Assembly (NCBI GenBank): GCA_904501945.1
Contig: CAJGCU010000001.1
Coordinates: forward strand, 1,639 to 65,638
Direction of reading: 5' to 3'
From: an uncultured Bacteroidaceae bacterium
Lineage (GTDB): Bacteria > Bacteroidota > Bacteroidia > Bacteroidales > Bacteroidaceae
Length of the DNA stretch: 64,000 nucleotides
Every line of letters begins with the position of its first letter. Position 1 is the stretch's first letter. The notes beneath the pieces are model-generated. The model was not told the DNA's origin, made no database searches, and saw nothing but the letters and a program-made list of their open reading frames with translations. Shown piece after piece: positions 20,619-30,333 of this stretch. Position numbers and translations under genes: made by a program.

Positions 20619-20626
20619 CAAAGTTA
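20619..20626 (-). promoter_or_regulatory. -7 promoter box TAACTTTG
   Basis: Plus strand reads caaagtta, 31 nt upstream of the ATG at 20588. Confidence 0.45.
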
Positions 20627-20679
20627 AGATAAATGGCTGAAAAGTAGAAATTATATTTGCTAATCCTGTTTTTTTTCAA

Positions 20680-20687
20680 TACCTTTG
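20680..20687 (+). promoter_or_regulatory. -7 promoter box TACCTTTG
   Basis: 40 nt upstream of the ATG at 20727. A second candidate, TATATTTG, lies at 20652-20659. Confidence 0.45.
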
Positions 20688-20726
20688 CAATGAAAATATT
20701 CATAAAAATATAAATTTTTTAATAAA

Positions 20727-21314
20727 ATGGCACTCGATAATAAGTACATTACTGTTGCATATCGACTTTACACAATTGAAGATGGTGAAGAGGATACTGA
20801 TCCGATAGAAGAATGTTCTGTTGCGCATCCTTTTCAATTTATCAGTAAATTAGGCGTTGTTCTCCCTGCTTTTGAGGCAGGCGTGGAAAAAGTGGAAAAA
20901 GGCGGAACGTTTGATTTCGTCATTCCATGCAAGGATGCATATGGAGAATTTCAGGATGAGCTGATGTTTGATGTGGAAAAGTCTATTTTCTGCGTAAATG
21001 GTGAAATAGATAGTCGTTACATCTATGAAGGCGCTGTCGTTCCAATGCAGGGTGAAGATGGAAATCGTTTTAATGCAACCATCATAGAAATTAAAGATAA
21101 ATCTGTGACCATTGATTTGAATCATCCGCGTGCAGGTATGGATCTCCATTTCGTGGGCGAGGTCGTTGAAAATCGTTTGGCAACGAATGAAGAGGTAGCA
21201 GAGCTTCTGAATGCTATGAGCGGTTGCGGTGGTGGATGTTCAAGCGGCTGTTCTGGTGGTTGTGGTGGCGGTTGCAGCGATGGAGGCTGTGGCGGCGGAT
21301 GTGGAGGATGTTAA
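20727..21314 (+). CDS. slyD: SlyD-like FKBP-type peptidyl-prolyl isomerase with Cys/Gly-rich C-terminal tail
   Basis: 195 aa. FKBP core with an insert-in-flap region ([10 protein letters not shown]...; [17 protein letters not shown]). The tail [31 protein letters not shown] has 8 Cys. Confidence 0.8.
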   Translation: MALDNKYITVAYRLYTIEDGEEDTDPIEECSVAHPFQFISKLGVVLPAFEAGVEKVEKGGTFDFVIPCKDAYGEFQDELMFDVEKSIFCVNGEIDSRYIYEGAVVPMQGEDGNRFNATIIEIKDKSVTIDLNHPRAGMDLHFVGEVVENRLATNEEVAELLNAMSGCGGGCSSGCSGGCGGGCSDGGCGGGCGGC

Positions 21315-21316
21315 TA

Positions 21317-22393
21317 ATGAGAAATACATTTGGCAACATATTCACGTTGACGACTTTTGGGGAAAGTCATGGATCTGCTGTTGGTGGTGTCGTAGATGGC
21401 ATGCCTGCGGGGATTGATGTAGACATTGATTTCATTCAGCAAGAACTGAATCGCCGTAAGCCTGGGCAAAGCAATGTGACGACCAGTCGACAAGAGAACG
21501 ATGTAGTAGAGGTGCTTTCTGGAATATTCGAAGGTAAATCTACGGGATGTCCTATTGGCTTTAATGTAAGGAATACGAATCAGCATTCAAACGATTACGA
21601 GAATATCAGAAACGTCTTTAGACCATCTCATGCTGATTATACTTATTTTTCTAAATATGGCATTCGTGATCATCGAGGAGGAGGACGTTCGTCAGCACGT
21701 GAAACGGTTTCACGTTGTGTGGGGGGAGCACTTGCTAAATTGGTATTGAAAAAAATAGGTATAGAAGTTGTTGCGTATACTTCTCAGGTTGGGCATATTG
21801 CTATTGATAAGGATTATCGACATTATGATTTTTCTTTGATAGAGAGCAATTCTGTACGCTGTCCAGATGTGGAGAAGGTCAAGGAAATGCAGGATTTGAT
21901 TCTGAAAGTAAAGGCTGAGGGAGATACCATTGGTGGAATTATTACATGTGTTGTAAAAGGCTGTCCAGTTGGATTGGGAGAACCTGCATTTTCAAAATTA
22001 CACGCAGAATTAGGTGCTGCCATGTTAGGAATCAATGCCGTGAAAGGTTTTGAATATGGTTCTGGTTTTGAGGGTGTTGGGCAACGTGGATCTGAACAAA
22101 ATGATATTTTTTACAATGATGCAGGCAGCGTGAATGTCCGAACAAATAATTCGGGAGGTATTCAAGGCGGAATTTCTAACGGACAAGATATTTATTTTCG
22201 AGTCCTATTTAAGCCTGTAGCGACACAGCTTCGTCCGCAACCCACAGTGGATGTGTTAGGACAAGAGAAAATATTAGAGATGAAAGGTCGTCATGACTCA
22301 TGTGTTCTGCCAAGAGCAGTACCGGTGGTGGAGGCCATGACTGCTATGACAATCTTAGATTATATTTTATTAAATAAAACTGTACAGCTATGA
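21317..22393 (+). CDS. aroC: chorismate synthase
   Basis: [19 protein letters not shown]... and conserved [19 protein letters not shown]. The ATG at 21317 follows the slyD stop. The longer ORF from 21224 is an out-of-frame read of the Cys/Gly codon repeats. Confidence 0.95.
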   Translation: MRNTFGNIFTLTTFGESHGSAVGGVVDGMPAGIDVDIDFIQQELNRRKPGQSNVTTSRQENDVVEVLSGIFEGKSTGCPIGFNVRNTNQHSNDYENIRNVFRPSHADYTYFSKYGIRDHRGGGRSSARETVSRCVGGALAKLVLKKIGIEVVAYTSQVGHIAIDKDYRHYDFSLIESNSVRCPDVEKVKEMQDLILKVKAEGDTIGGIITCVVKGCPVGLGEPAFSKLHAELGAAMLGINAVKGFEYGSGFEGVGQRGSEQNDIFYNDAGSVNVRTNNSGGIQGGISNGQDIYFRVLFKPVATQLRPQPTVDVLGQEKILEMKGRHDSCVLPRAVPVVEAMTAMTILDYILLNKTVQL

Positions 22394-22812
22394 ATAAAGT
22401 GATGCTTATTGGTAATGTGGGAGCCGATCCTCAGGTTAAATATCTTGATCAAGGTGTATGTGTAGCGCAATTGCGTCTTGCTACAACCGAGCGTGGTTAC
22501 ACTTTGCAGAATGGAACTCAGGTACCAGATCGTACAGAGTGGCATAATTGTATCTTCTGGCGAAAGTTGGGAGAAATAGTTGAAAAGTATGTACATAAAG
22601 GAGACAAGCTATATATCGAAGGTAAGATTCAGTCACGTGATTGGACAGACCGTCAAGGTATCAGCAGAAGGACTGTAGATATAATGGTTGACAATATGGA
22701 ACTTCTTTCTTCTCGTACAGCAGCTTCTCTGCCTGAAAAGCAGACAGAACAGCCTAGACCTGAATCTGATGCGGTGACGCCTTCTGACAATAATGGTGAA
22801 TATCCTTTCTGA
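22390..22812 (+). CDS. ssb: single-stranded DNA-binding protein
   Basis: 140 aa. OB fold [18 protein letters not shown]...W and C-terminal tip ...NNGEYPF. ATGA overlap with aroC. Confidence 0.9.
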   Translation: MNKVMLIGNVGADPQVKYLDQGVCVAQLRLATTERGYTLQNGTQVPDRTEWHNCIFWRKLGEIVEKYVHKGDKLYIEGKIQSRDWTDRQGISRRTVDIMVDNMELLSSRTAASLPEKQTEQPRPESDAVTPSDNNGEYPF

Positions 22813-22828
22813 TGATACTAATAAATTT

Positions 22829-23599
22829 ATGATAGATATGACGACTGTTCCAACAATTATAGCAGGTCCATGTGTAATTGAGTCAATGGATTGTCTTGAA
22901 GAGGTTGCTCAAGAGTTAGTTCGGCTGAATGAAAAATATGGATTAAATATCATTTTTAAGTCTTCGTTTGATAAGGCAAATCGTACTAGCATACACTCTT
23001 ATCGTGGTCCAGGATTGGAAAAAGGAATGCAGATGCTTTCCGATATTAAGGAAAAGTATGGACTGAAGGTTCTTACCGATATCCATGAAAGTTATCAAGC
23101 TCCAATTGCTGGAGAAGTTGCAGATGTGTTGCAAATTCCAGCATTTCTTTGTCGTCAGACAGACTTACTGACGGCAGCTGCGCGTACAGGACGTGTTGTG
23201 AATATCAAGAAGGCCCAGTTCCTCTCGGGGTTAGATATGGAATTCCCTGTACAGAAAGTACGTGAGAGCGGGAATGACAATGTCTGGTTGACGGAACGTG
23301 GAAACATTTATGGATATAATAATCTTGCTGTAGATTTCCGCAATATTTCTGATATGCATAAATTTACAGATATGGTTATTATGGATTGTACACATTCGGT
23401 ACAACGTCCAGGAGCGGCTGGTGGAAAGACTGGAGGCAATCGAGAATTTGTACCAGCAATGGCTGTCGCAGCAAAGGCATTTGGTGCAAATGGTTATTTC
23501 TTTGAGGTACATCCTAATCCAGATAAGGCACTTTCTGATGGACCCAATATGCTCCAGCTGGAAAATCTGGATTTAGTGATTGCGAAATTGATTGATTAA
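22829..23599 (+). CDS. kdsA: 3-deoxy-8-phosphooctulonate synthase
   Basis: FKSSFDKANRTSIHSYRGPG and a conserved KDO8P synthase core. The start is ambiguous among 22793 (overlaps ssb), 22829 and 22838. Confidence 0.9.
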   Translation: MIDMTTVPTIIAGPCVIESMDCLEEVAQELVRLNEKYGLNIIFKSSFDKANRTSIHSYRGPGLEKGMQMLSDIKEKYGLKVLTDIHESYQAPIAGEVADVLQIPAFLCRQTDLLTAAARTGRVVNIKKAQFLSGLDMEFPVQKVRESGNDNVWLTERGNIYGYNNLAVDFRNISDMHKFTDMVIMDCTHSVQRPGAAGGKTGGNREFVPAMAVAAKAFGANGYFFEVHPNPDKALSDGPNMLQLENLDLVIAKLID

Positions 23600-23607
23600 T
23601 TGTACAT

Positions 23608-24558
23608 ATGGAAATGAAACCAAAACTATATGCAGAACGATGTTTGCGTGATGAGGCACAAGCATTGCTTGCTTTAATTCCGCAGTTAGATGACAGTTTT
23701 GATCAGGTGGTGGAACTTATACATCAATGTTTAGGACATGTCGTCGTAACAGGTGTGGGGAAGTCGGGGCATGTTGGTGCTAAAATTGCTGCAACGCTGG
23801 CATCAACAGGGACGCCTGCCTTCTATCTAAACTCGCTTGATGCGCTGCATGGAGATTTGGGTATGATTATGGATGATGATGTATTGCTGATGATAAGCAA
23901 CTCTGGCAATACTGACGAACTTCTGCGTATTACAGCATCGTTAGAGGGACGACATATTCCCATTATTTCGATGACGGGATCAGCAGATTCGCTTTTAGCA
24001 CAACATTCTGATTACCATATCTTATGCAGTATTGCACGTGAGGCATGTCCGTTGAACTTGGCGCCAACGGCAAGTACTACGGCAGCCATGGCGATGGGAG
24101 ACGCTTTGGCATGTGCTCTTATGGAGATTCGAAAGTTCAAAGCTAAAGATTTCGCACAATTTCATCCAGGTGGTACATTAGGACGCAAACTGTTGCTCAA
24201 GGTAAAGGATGTCATGTACACTGACAATTTGCCTATTGTTCCACCTTCTATGAAACTGTCTGATGCTCTTATGATTATTAGTAGTGGAAAGTTAGGTTTA
24301 GGTGTTGTGATAGATGGGGATGACATTCTGGGAATTATTACAGATGGAGACATTCGTCGTGCTGTAGAGGGAGCGCGTGATAATTTTATAAACATTTCAG
24401 TTAGTGAAGTTATGACACGTACTCCAAAAACAATTTCACCAGAAGCAAAATTGACAACTATCCAACAAATGTTTCGCAATCACAAGATTCACTCTTTGTT
24501 AGTTGTTGATCATGGAAAACTTGTGGGAATCGTTGACTATTTTGCTATTATGAACTAA
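23608..24558 (+). CDS. kdsD: arabinose-5-phosphate isomerase (KpsF/GutQ family: SIS + tandem CBS)
   Basis: 316 aa. SIS motif VTGVGKSGHVG and two C-terminal CBS domains. Confidence 0.9.
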   Translation: MEMKPKLYAERCLRDEAQALLALIPQLDDSFDQVVELIHQCLGHVVVTGVGKSGHVGAKIAATLASTGTPAFYLNSLDALHGDLGMIMDDDVLLMISNSGNTDELLRITASLEGRHIPIISMTGSADSLLAQHSDYHILCSIAREACPLNLAPTASTTAAMAMGDALACALMEIRKFKAKDFAQFHPGGTLGRKLLLKVKDVMYTDNLPIVPPSMKLSDALMIISSGKLGLGVVIDGDDILGIITDGDIRRAVEGARDNFINISVSEVMTRTPKTISPEAKLTTIQQMFRNHKIHSLLVVDHGKLVGIVDYFAIMN

Positions 24559-24579
24559 TTGTATAAAAGAAAATATAAA

Positions 24580-24620
24580 AAGGGATGCTTCTGCTTTTTG
24601 TCAGCGCATCCCTTCTTTTG
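24580..24620 (+). terminator. rho-independent terminator after kdsD (abuts the convergent pit gene stop)
   Basis: Stem aagggatgc (24580-24588) / gcatccctt (24606-24614), followed by cttttg. Confidence 0.6.
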
Positions 24621-24621
24621 T

Positions 24622-26865
24622 TTATTGGGCTAGTAATTTTTGAGTGGCTCTCAATTGATGCCTCATAATGCTAAGCAATTCTTGACTTTCTTGTAGCAAA
24701 TTTAAATATACTTGCAAAATATTGTATAGAGAAGTGTCTTCGGAATGATGCATACGCTCAATAAGATTTTCTCTGAGGACAGACAGTTCGTCTTTATATA
24801 AATCAGCTTGTTTAAGCACATCTTTGTATCCTTCGAATTCTTTCTTGTTAAGCATTGCTGTTGTTTGAATCATTAGTTCGTTGATTCTGTTTTGGAATGT
24901 CTGGAATTCAATTCTATATGATTCTGGTAATGGATTAAAATGATTGTCTACATGCTCTTTGACGGGTTCCAACATTCGTATTAGACAGTAGATATATTGC
25001 TTATTGCTGTTGATACCTAAATGGAACCATGTGTTACGTTCAATAGCAATATCGCGTGGAATGCGGCGTATGGACAGAAACTCTTTTCTTCTTAGTCTTT
25101 TAAGCTCCTCTTGTTTATTTGCAAGTTCTTTTTCAACGATATTAAGTTCGCTAAAATTCTCATTTGCAAGACCATTGAGTATATGATTATATTGATCTAA
25201 TACAAATTGGCATACGGAAGTTTGTGCTTTTGATACATGTGTTTGCAACAGTTCCCAAATTTCTTGTGGGTCTCGACTACGCATCATTTGGGTGAAAATT
25301 CGGTCTTTCTCTTCTTCTTCCTTCTTTTTGCCAAATTGGATGTTGCTACGAATCAGCAAAAAGATTGCAAGACCCATTAAGAGGAACATTGCAACGAATC
25401 CACCATAGTACATCAATAGACAAACAAGAGCGCATGCCATGAAACTTACTCCGGCAGTAATAAACCAGCCACCAATGACACTCATTACACCAGTCACACG
25501 AAATACAGCACTTTCTCTACTCCATGCGCGGTCAGCAAGACTTGTACCCATTGCTACCATAAATGTAACATAGGTTGTTGAAAGTGGAAGTTTGTAATTG
25601 GTACCGATAACAATAAGTACAGACGATAATACAAGATTGATGGCAGCTCTCACAACGTCGAAAGCCGCTCCATCAGGAAGAGAAATCTCATCCTTACTGA
25701 AACGCTTGTCAATCTTTGCTGTTAATGCTTTAGGAATGAAGCGGCTAAAAAATAAGCCGCTCTTTTGTGTAGCACGTACAAGGCTTCTTGCTGCACGAGA
25801 TGAGCCAAACATTTCGTCTCCTTCATCTTGCCGACTGAGGTCAACAGATGTTTTTACAACATTTTGTGCCTTTTTCGATGTTGTTATGGCAATTATCATC
25901 ACCAATCCAGCTGCAAGAAGATAGAAGAATGGCGATTTGGCAGATTCCATCAGAGAAGACATCATAAACGAGTTTGCATCACCGGCACCATTGTTCATCC
26001 AGTCTTGGTAAGAAGAAAGACCAGCAAGAGGGACACCGATGAAATTGACCAAATCATTTCCAGCAAATGCCATTGCAAGTGCGAACGTACCTGTTAAAAT
26101 GATAATCTTGAAGATGTTGATTTTACACAGGTTAAGTACAAAAGAAAGCATTGTTGTCACGATAAACCCTGCGACGAGCAGTATGTTTGTGTTGGCTACA
26201 ATCCAATCTTTGGCACCTTCCTCTACGAACGGAGACTTTGATATTCCTTTGATAAAAATAAAATAAAGGAGAATTGTAAAAGAAATACCTCCAAAAATGG
26301 AAATCGCAGTTGAGTTATGCCTCTTTTGATTGAATGTGAAGATGATACGAGTCAACCATTGTACTAGTATTCCAAATACTAAAGCGATAGCAACGCTGAC
26401 AAAGATAGCGATAATGACAGTCAGTACTTTATCTGTATTAATTAGATCCGAAAGTACAAATGGGGCTCCTGAGAATATTTTAATGACGGCCAATACAAAC
26501 GCGGCACCTAATAGTTCGAACACCAGAGATACTGTGGTTGAAGTAGGCAAGCCAAGTGTGTTGAACGTATCAAGAACAATGACGTCTGTAACCATAACTG
26601 CTAAAAATACAATCATCACCTCATGGAATGAGAAATGCAAGGGGAGCATTATACCATGGCGCGCTACATCCATCATGCCTGCTGACATCATTGCGCCAAC
26701 AAGTACACCTGCTGCAGCAATGATGAGAATGGTACGAAAATGAGCTACACGTGCACCTATTGCCGAGTTGAGAAAGTTGACAGCGTCGTTGCTGACACCT
26801 ACAAAGAGATCGAACACCGCTAAGATTAGCAGAAATCCAACGATAATGAGATAAATGGTTTCCAT
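24622..26865 (-). CDS. PiT-family inorganic phosphate transporter fused to a C-terminal cytoplasmic helical (PhoU/DUF47-like) domain
   Basis: 747 aa. Two PHO4 repeats (GVSNDAVNFLNSAIG; AGNDLVNFIGVPL), many TM helices and an all-helical charged tail of about 230 aa. Confidence 0.85.
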   Translation of the reverse strand: METIYLIIVGFLLILAVFDLFVGVSNDAVNFLNSAIGARVAHFRTILIIAAAGVLVGAMMSAGMMDVARHGIMLPLHFSFHEVMIVFLAVMVTDVIVLDTFNTLGLPTSTTVSLVFELLGAAFVLAVIKIFSGAPFVLSDLINTDKVLTVIIAIFVSVAIALVFGILVQWLTRIIFTFNQKRHNSTAISIFGGISFTILLYFIFIKGISKSPFVEEGAKDWIVANTNILLVAGFIVTTMLSFVLNLCKINIFKIIILTGTFALAMAFAGNDLVNFIGVPLAGLSSYQDWMNNGAGDANSFMMSSLMESAKSPFFYLLAAGLVMIIAITTSKKAQNVVKTSVDLSRQDEGDEMFGSSRAARSLVRATQKSGLFFSRFIPKALTAKIDKRFSKDEISLPDGAAFDVVRAAINLVLSSVLIVIGTNYKLPLSTTYVTFMVAMGTSLADRAWSRESAVFRVTGVMSVIGGWFITAGVSFMACALVCLLMYYGGFVAMFLLMGLAIFLLIRSNIQFGKKKEEEEKDRIFTQMMRSRDPQEIWELLQTHVSKAQTSVCQFVLDQYNHILNGLANENFSELNIVEKELANKQEELKRLRRKEFLSIRRIPRDIAIERNTWFHLGINSNKQYIYCLIRMLEPVKEHVDNHFNPLPESYRIEFQTFQNRINELMIQTTAMLNKKEFEGYKDVLKQADLYKDELSVLRENLIERMHHSEDTSLYNILQVYLNLLQESQELLSIMRHQLRATQKLLAQ

Positions 26866-26892
26866 TTTATAAAATTATTTAATTTTCGTGTG

Positions 26893-26900
26893 CAAAGTTA
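26893..26900 (-). promoter_or_regulatory. -7 promoter box TAACTTTG
   Basis: Plus strand reads caaagtta, 28 nt upstream of the ATG at 26865. Confidence 0.45.
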
Positions 26901-27005
26901 AATTTCTGATGTTACAATTCAATGAAGAACTTGTTACGTTTTAGTTTCGACATTAAAATGTAACATTATTTATTGTATAGATTTGTAGTAAAAGGTTAAA
27001 ACGAG

Positions 27006-27035
27006 AAAGAGGCATGTCTACTGACATACCTCTTT
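27006..27035 (-). terminator. terminator hairpin downstream of dnaJ
   Basis: Stem aaagaggcatgtc / gacatacctcttt pairs at 12 of 13 positions with a 4-nt loop. T-rich tracts flank both sides. Confidence 0.6.
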
Positions 27036-27064
27036 TTTATATTACAATGGTATATGACAATTCG

Positions 27065-28222
27065 TCACTTCTTGAAATATGCACGGAAATGACTGAATAT
27101 TTTATCTTTGATGCCTGTAGAAGGTTTAATGTTATCGCTACTTGCTAAAGTTTCGATAGCTTTCCGTTCTTCTTTGTTGAGTGTTTCTGGCATATAAACA
27201 GTTATGTTGATAATTTCATCTCCTTTCTGATGCCCATAGCCGTTAATGTCAGGGATTCCCTTACCTTTCAGTCGCAGCACTGTGCCTGGTTGTGTACCTG
27301 AAGGAATGGTGATTTTAGCCTTTCCATCATGTGTAGGCACTTCTAGTGATGTGCCGAGCACGGCTTGAGGAATAGTGAGCAAAAGGTTGTAAACGAGGTC
27401 GCATCCGTCTCTAACAAGTTCGGGATGAGGTTTCTCATGTACGAGAATCTGAAGGTCGCCATCAACACCATTGCGTCTGCCTGCTCCACCTTTGCCTTGG
27501 AAATTATAGGCATACCCTTCGATAAGTCCGGCAGGGAGTTCTACTTCAACTTGTTTTTCACCTTTCACAATTCCTTCTCCATGGCAATGTGAACACTTGT
27601 TCTTGATGACAGTCCCTTCCCCTTGACAAGTTTCACATACCGTCTGTGTCTGCATGATGCCAAGCATTGTTTGGCGTGTCTTATAAACGGTTCCTTGGCC
27701 GTTGCAGTTGCTACAAGTAGCTTCTTGTCCATCTTCAGAGCCTGTTCCTTTACAATGAGGGCACTGGATATCTGTACGAAGGTTGAATTTTTTAGTTACA
27801 CCATGAACGATATCATTGAGTTCTAATTCAATGCGCATGCGCAAGTCTTGGCCTTTATACACAGGCTTTCTGCGCTGCCCGCCTCCGCCAAAACCTCCGA
27901 ATCCTCCAAATCCGCCACCCCCGAAGATGTCTCCGAACATGCTAAATATGTCGTCCATAGACATGCCTTGCCCACCTCCAAATCCGCCTGCACCAGGACT
28001 GAATGCGTCTGGTCCGAATTGGTCGTATTGACGTCGTTTTTGTGGATCTCGCAACACATCGTATGCTTCTGCAGCTTCTTTAAATTTCTCTTCTGCAGTT
28101 TTATCACCAGGATTGCGATCTGGGTGATATTTTATAGCCATTTTTTTATAGGCTCTTTTTATTTCATCGTCGGAAGCAGTTTTTGAAACTCCCAACACTT
28201 CGTAGAAATCTCTTTTTGCCAT
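27065..28222 (-). CDS. dnaJ: molecular chaperone DnaJ
   Basis: 385 aa. J domain with HPD ([10 protein letters not shown]), a G/F-rich linker and four CxxCxGxG zinc-finger repeats. Confidence 0.97.
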   Translation of the reverse strand: MAKRDFYEVLGVSKTASDDEIKRAYKKMAIKYHPDRNPGDKTAEEKFKEAAEAYDVLRDPQKRRQYDQFGPDAFSPGAGGFGGGQGMSMDDIFSMFGDIFGGGGFGGFGGFGGGGQRRKPVYKGQDLRMRIELELNDIVHGVTKKFNLRTDIQCPHCKGTGSEDGQEATCSNCNGQGTVYKTRQTMLGIMQTQTVCETCQGEGTVIKNKCSHCHGEGIVKGEKQVEVELPAGLIEGYAYNFQGKGGAGRRNGVDGDLQILVHEKPHPELVRDGCDLVYNLLLTIPQAVLGTSLEVPTHDGKAKITIPSGTQPGTVLRLKGKGIPDINGYGHQKGDEIINITVYMPETLNKEERKAIETLASSDNIKPSTGIKDKIFSHFRAYFKK

Positions 28223-28263
28223 AGGATTATTTCAATTGTCAATTGTTGTTGTCAATTGTCAAT

Positions 28264-28845
28264 TCATTCAGCTACAGCTACTTTAGCGTAGCGTATTACT
28301 TTGTCATTCAATATATAGCCAGCTATCATGCAGTCCATCACTTTGCCCTTCAAATCTTCTGGCTGTCCTGGAACCATGGCGATAGCCTCATGCAAGTCAC
28401 TGTCAAAAGGCTGTCCTACAGCTTCCATCTTCTTCAATCCTTCTTGTGCTAAGAGTTTGAAGAATTTGTCAATAATCAAGTTAACTCCTTCTTTCACTGC
28501 TGCCACGTCTTCATACTTATCCATATTTTGCTGAGCACGTTCCAAATCATCAATGACAGGCAGGAGAGTAGTAATGACTTTTGAACCGCCGTTCTTGATG
28601 AGTTCGGCTTTTTCCTGCATCACACGTTTGCGGAAATTGTCAAATTCAGCGACTTTGTAAAGCTGCTGTTTCTTCAACTCTTCGATTTGCTTTTCCAGTT
28701 CTGTAATCTTTTCTTCGGGAGTTAATTCACGAGGCTCTTCTGTTTCTTTTGTCTCTTTTTGTTCGTCAGAAGTTTGTTGAATTTCTTCGACGCCCTCATT
28801 AACGATTTCCTCGTTAATTTCTTCATTCTTTATATTTTTCTTCAT
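28264..28845 (-). CDS. grpE: nucleotide exchange factor GrpE
   Basis: 193 aa. Acidic N-terminus, long coiled-coil helix and a GrpE C-terminal beta domain. Lies immediately upstream of dnaJ. Confidence 0.92.
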   Translation of the reverse strand: MKKNIKNEEINEEIVNEGVEEIQQTSDEQKETKETEEPRELTPEEKITELEKQIEELKKQQLYKVAEFDNFRKRVMQEKAELIKNGGSKVITTLLPVIDDLERAQQNMDKYEDVAAVKEGVNLIIDKFFKLLAQEGLKKMEAVGQPFDSDLHEAIAMVPGQPEDLKGKVMDCMIAGYILNDKVIRYAKVAVAE

Positions 28846-28951
28846 AATTCTACGTTGTTAACAATAATTGTCTATGACAAAAATAATGCCAGCGCATGAA
28901 ACACCGGCATACGTATGACATTGTGTCACTTGTTCCATTTGAATTACGTTA

Positions 28952-28959
28952 CAAAGTTA
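28952..28959 (-). promoter_or_regulatory. -7 promoter box TAACTTTG (grpE-dnaJ)
   Basis: Plus strand reads caaagtta, 107 nt upstream of the grpE ATG. Confidence 0.35.
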
Positions 28960-29112
28960 CGGCAAATTTCTCGTATAGCCAACAATCTTAACTGATAAAA
29001 TGTTCTATGGCATGAATTTGACTGAGATAAGGAACTCCTTTGTCATTGCCTAAAGCATTCAGAAAATTGGACATAATGATTAAAAATCGGTGGGCTCTAC
29101 ATTGAAATATTA

Positions 29113-29148
29113 ATATGCCCCATAACGCAAAAGCGATGTGGGGCATAT
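29113..29148 (-). terminator. terminator hairpin downstream of lysA
   Basis: 10-bp stem atatgcccca (29113-29122) / tggggcatat (29139-29148) with a 16-nt loop. Same hairpin family as 13493-13528. Confidence 0.55.
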
Positions 29149-29164
29149 CAATTAAATATATGGT

Positions 29165-30325
29165 CTACAGAAAGTCTTCGGTTGTGTATCCTTCTGGAAG
29201 TTTGCGGCAATTATAGCTTGATGCCATGATTTCTCCATAAGCACCAGCAGAGAGTAGGGCAAGCATATCGCCACGATGAGTTTTGGACAGACGAGTTTCT
29301 TTTTCAAACACATCGCTGGATTCGCAGATCGGACCGACAACATCATAGGTTTCTTCTGGCTCGTTGCTTGTGAGATTGATAATGCGATGGTGGGCATTGT
29401 AGAGGGCAGGACGGATTAAATCTGTGAAGCCGGCATCGACGATGACGAATTTCTTGACAGATGCCTCTTTTACGTAGTTAACCTTGGTGATGAGTGCGCC
29501 ACACTGTGCCACTATAGCTCGTCCTAATTCGAAGTGAACAGTCTGTCCAGGACGCACTTTCAGATATTTATCGTAAACCGCAAAATAATCTTTGAAATTT
29601 GGAATTGGATTCTCTTGTGGTTTTTCGTAGTCAACTCCAAGACCACCACCTACATTGATAATTTCCAATTGAATGCCTTGCTCTTCCAATTTATCTTGCA
29701 ATTCATTGACACGGTGGGCAAGGGCAATGAAATCGTCCATTTCCAAAATTTGTGAGCCAATGTGGAAGTGCAGACCTTTGAACTTTATGTTCTTCATGCC
29801 TTGTGCAAGACGGATGACTTTTTCCATGTCTTCCATGGCAATGCCAAACTTGTTTTCGGCTAAGCCCGTTGTAATATTGGCGTGCGTGTGAGCACCCACA
29901 TCAGGATTGATTCGGAAGCAGACGGTTGCCATTTTGTTCTTTCTGGCTGCAATCTCGTTGATGACTTCCAATTCTGGAATGCTCTCTACGTTGAAGCAGA
30001 ATATATCTTTGTCAATACCAAGTTCTATCTCCCAATCACTTTTGCCTACACCTGCAAAGACGATTTTATTGGCCGGGAAGCCAGCTTTGAGTACCTGTTC
30101 AATTTCGCCTCCTGACACACAGTCTATGCCTAATCCTGTTTCGTTGATGACTTGTAGCACTTTGAGGTTGGCATTGGCCTTCACGGCATAGTGGACGAAA
30201 TAGTTGTCGTGTTTTTTTGTTTCAGCACAGATGGCATCAAGCGTTTGGCGCAGAAGGTTTGTATCGTAATAATAGAAAGGCGTGCGGATATCCGTAAACC
30301 TTTCTACATCCATTTGAATATCCAT
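29165..30325 (-). CDS. lysA: diaminopimelate decarboxylase
   Basis: 386 aa. Fold-III PLP decarboxylase with YAVKANAN (PLP lysine) and GGGLGVDY. Confidence 0.93.
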   Translation of the reverse strand: MDIQMDVERFTDIRTPFYYYDTNLLRQTLDAICAETKKHDNYFVHYAVKANANLKVLQVINETGLGIDCVSGGEIEQVLKAGFPANKIVFAGVGKSDWEIELGIDKDIFCFNVESIPELEVINEIAARKNKMATVCFRINPDVGAHTHANITTGLAENKFGIAMEDMEKVIRLAQGMKNIKFKGLHFHIGSQILEMDDFIALAHRVNELQDKLEEQGIQLEIINVGGGLGVDYEKPQENPIPNFKDYFAVYDKYLKVRPGQTVHFELGRAIVAQCGALITKVNYVKEASVKKFVIVDAGFTDLIRPALYNAHHRIINLTSNEPEETYDVVGPICESSDVFEKETRLSKTHRGDMLALLSAGAYGEIMASSYNCRKLPEGYTTEDFL

Positions 30326-30333
30326 AATCCTAA

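Noticed and set aside
21224-21316. Trp/Arg-rich N-terminal extension of the aroC ORF ([30 protein letters not shown]).
   Set aside because: It is the +1 reading of the GGY/TGY codon run that encodes the SlyD Cys/Gly tail. The canonical chorismate synthase N-terminus MRNTFGNIF starts at the ATG at 21317, right after the slyD stop.
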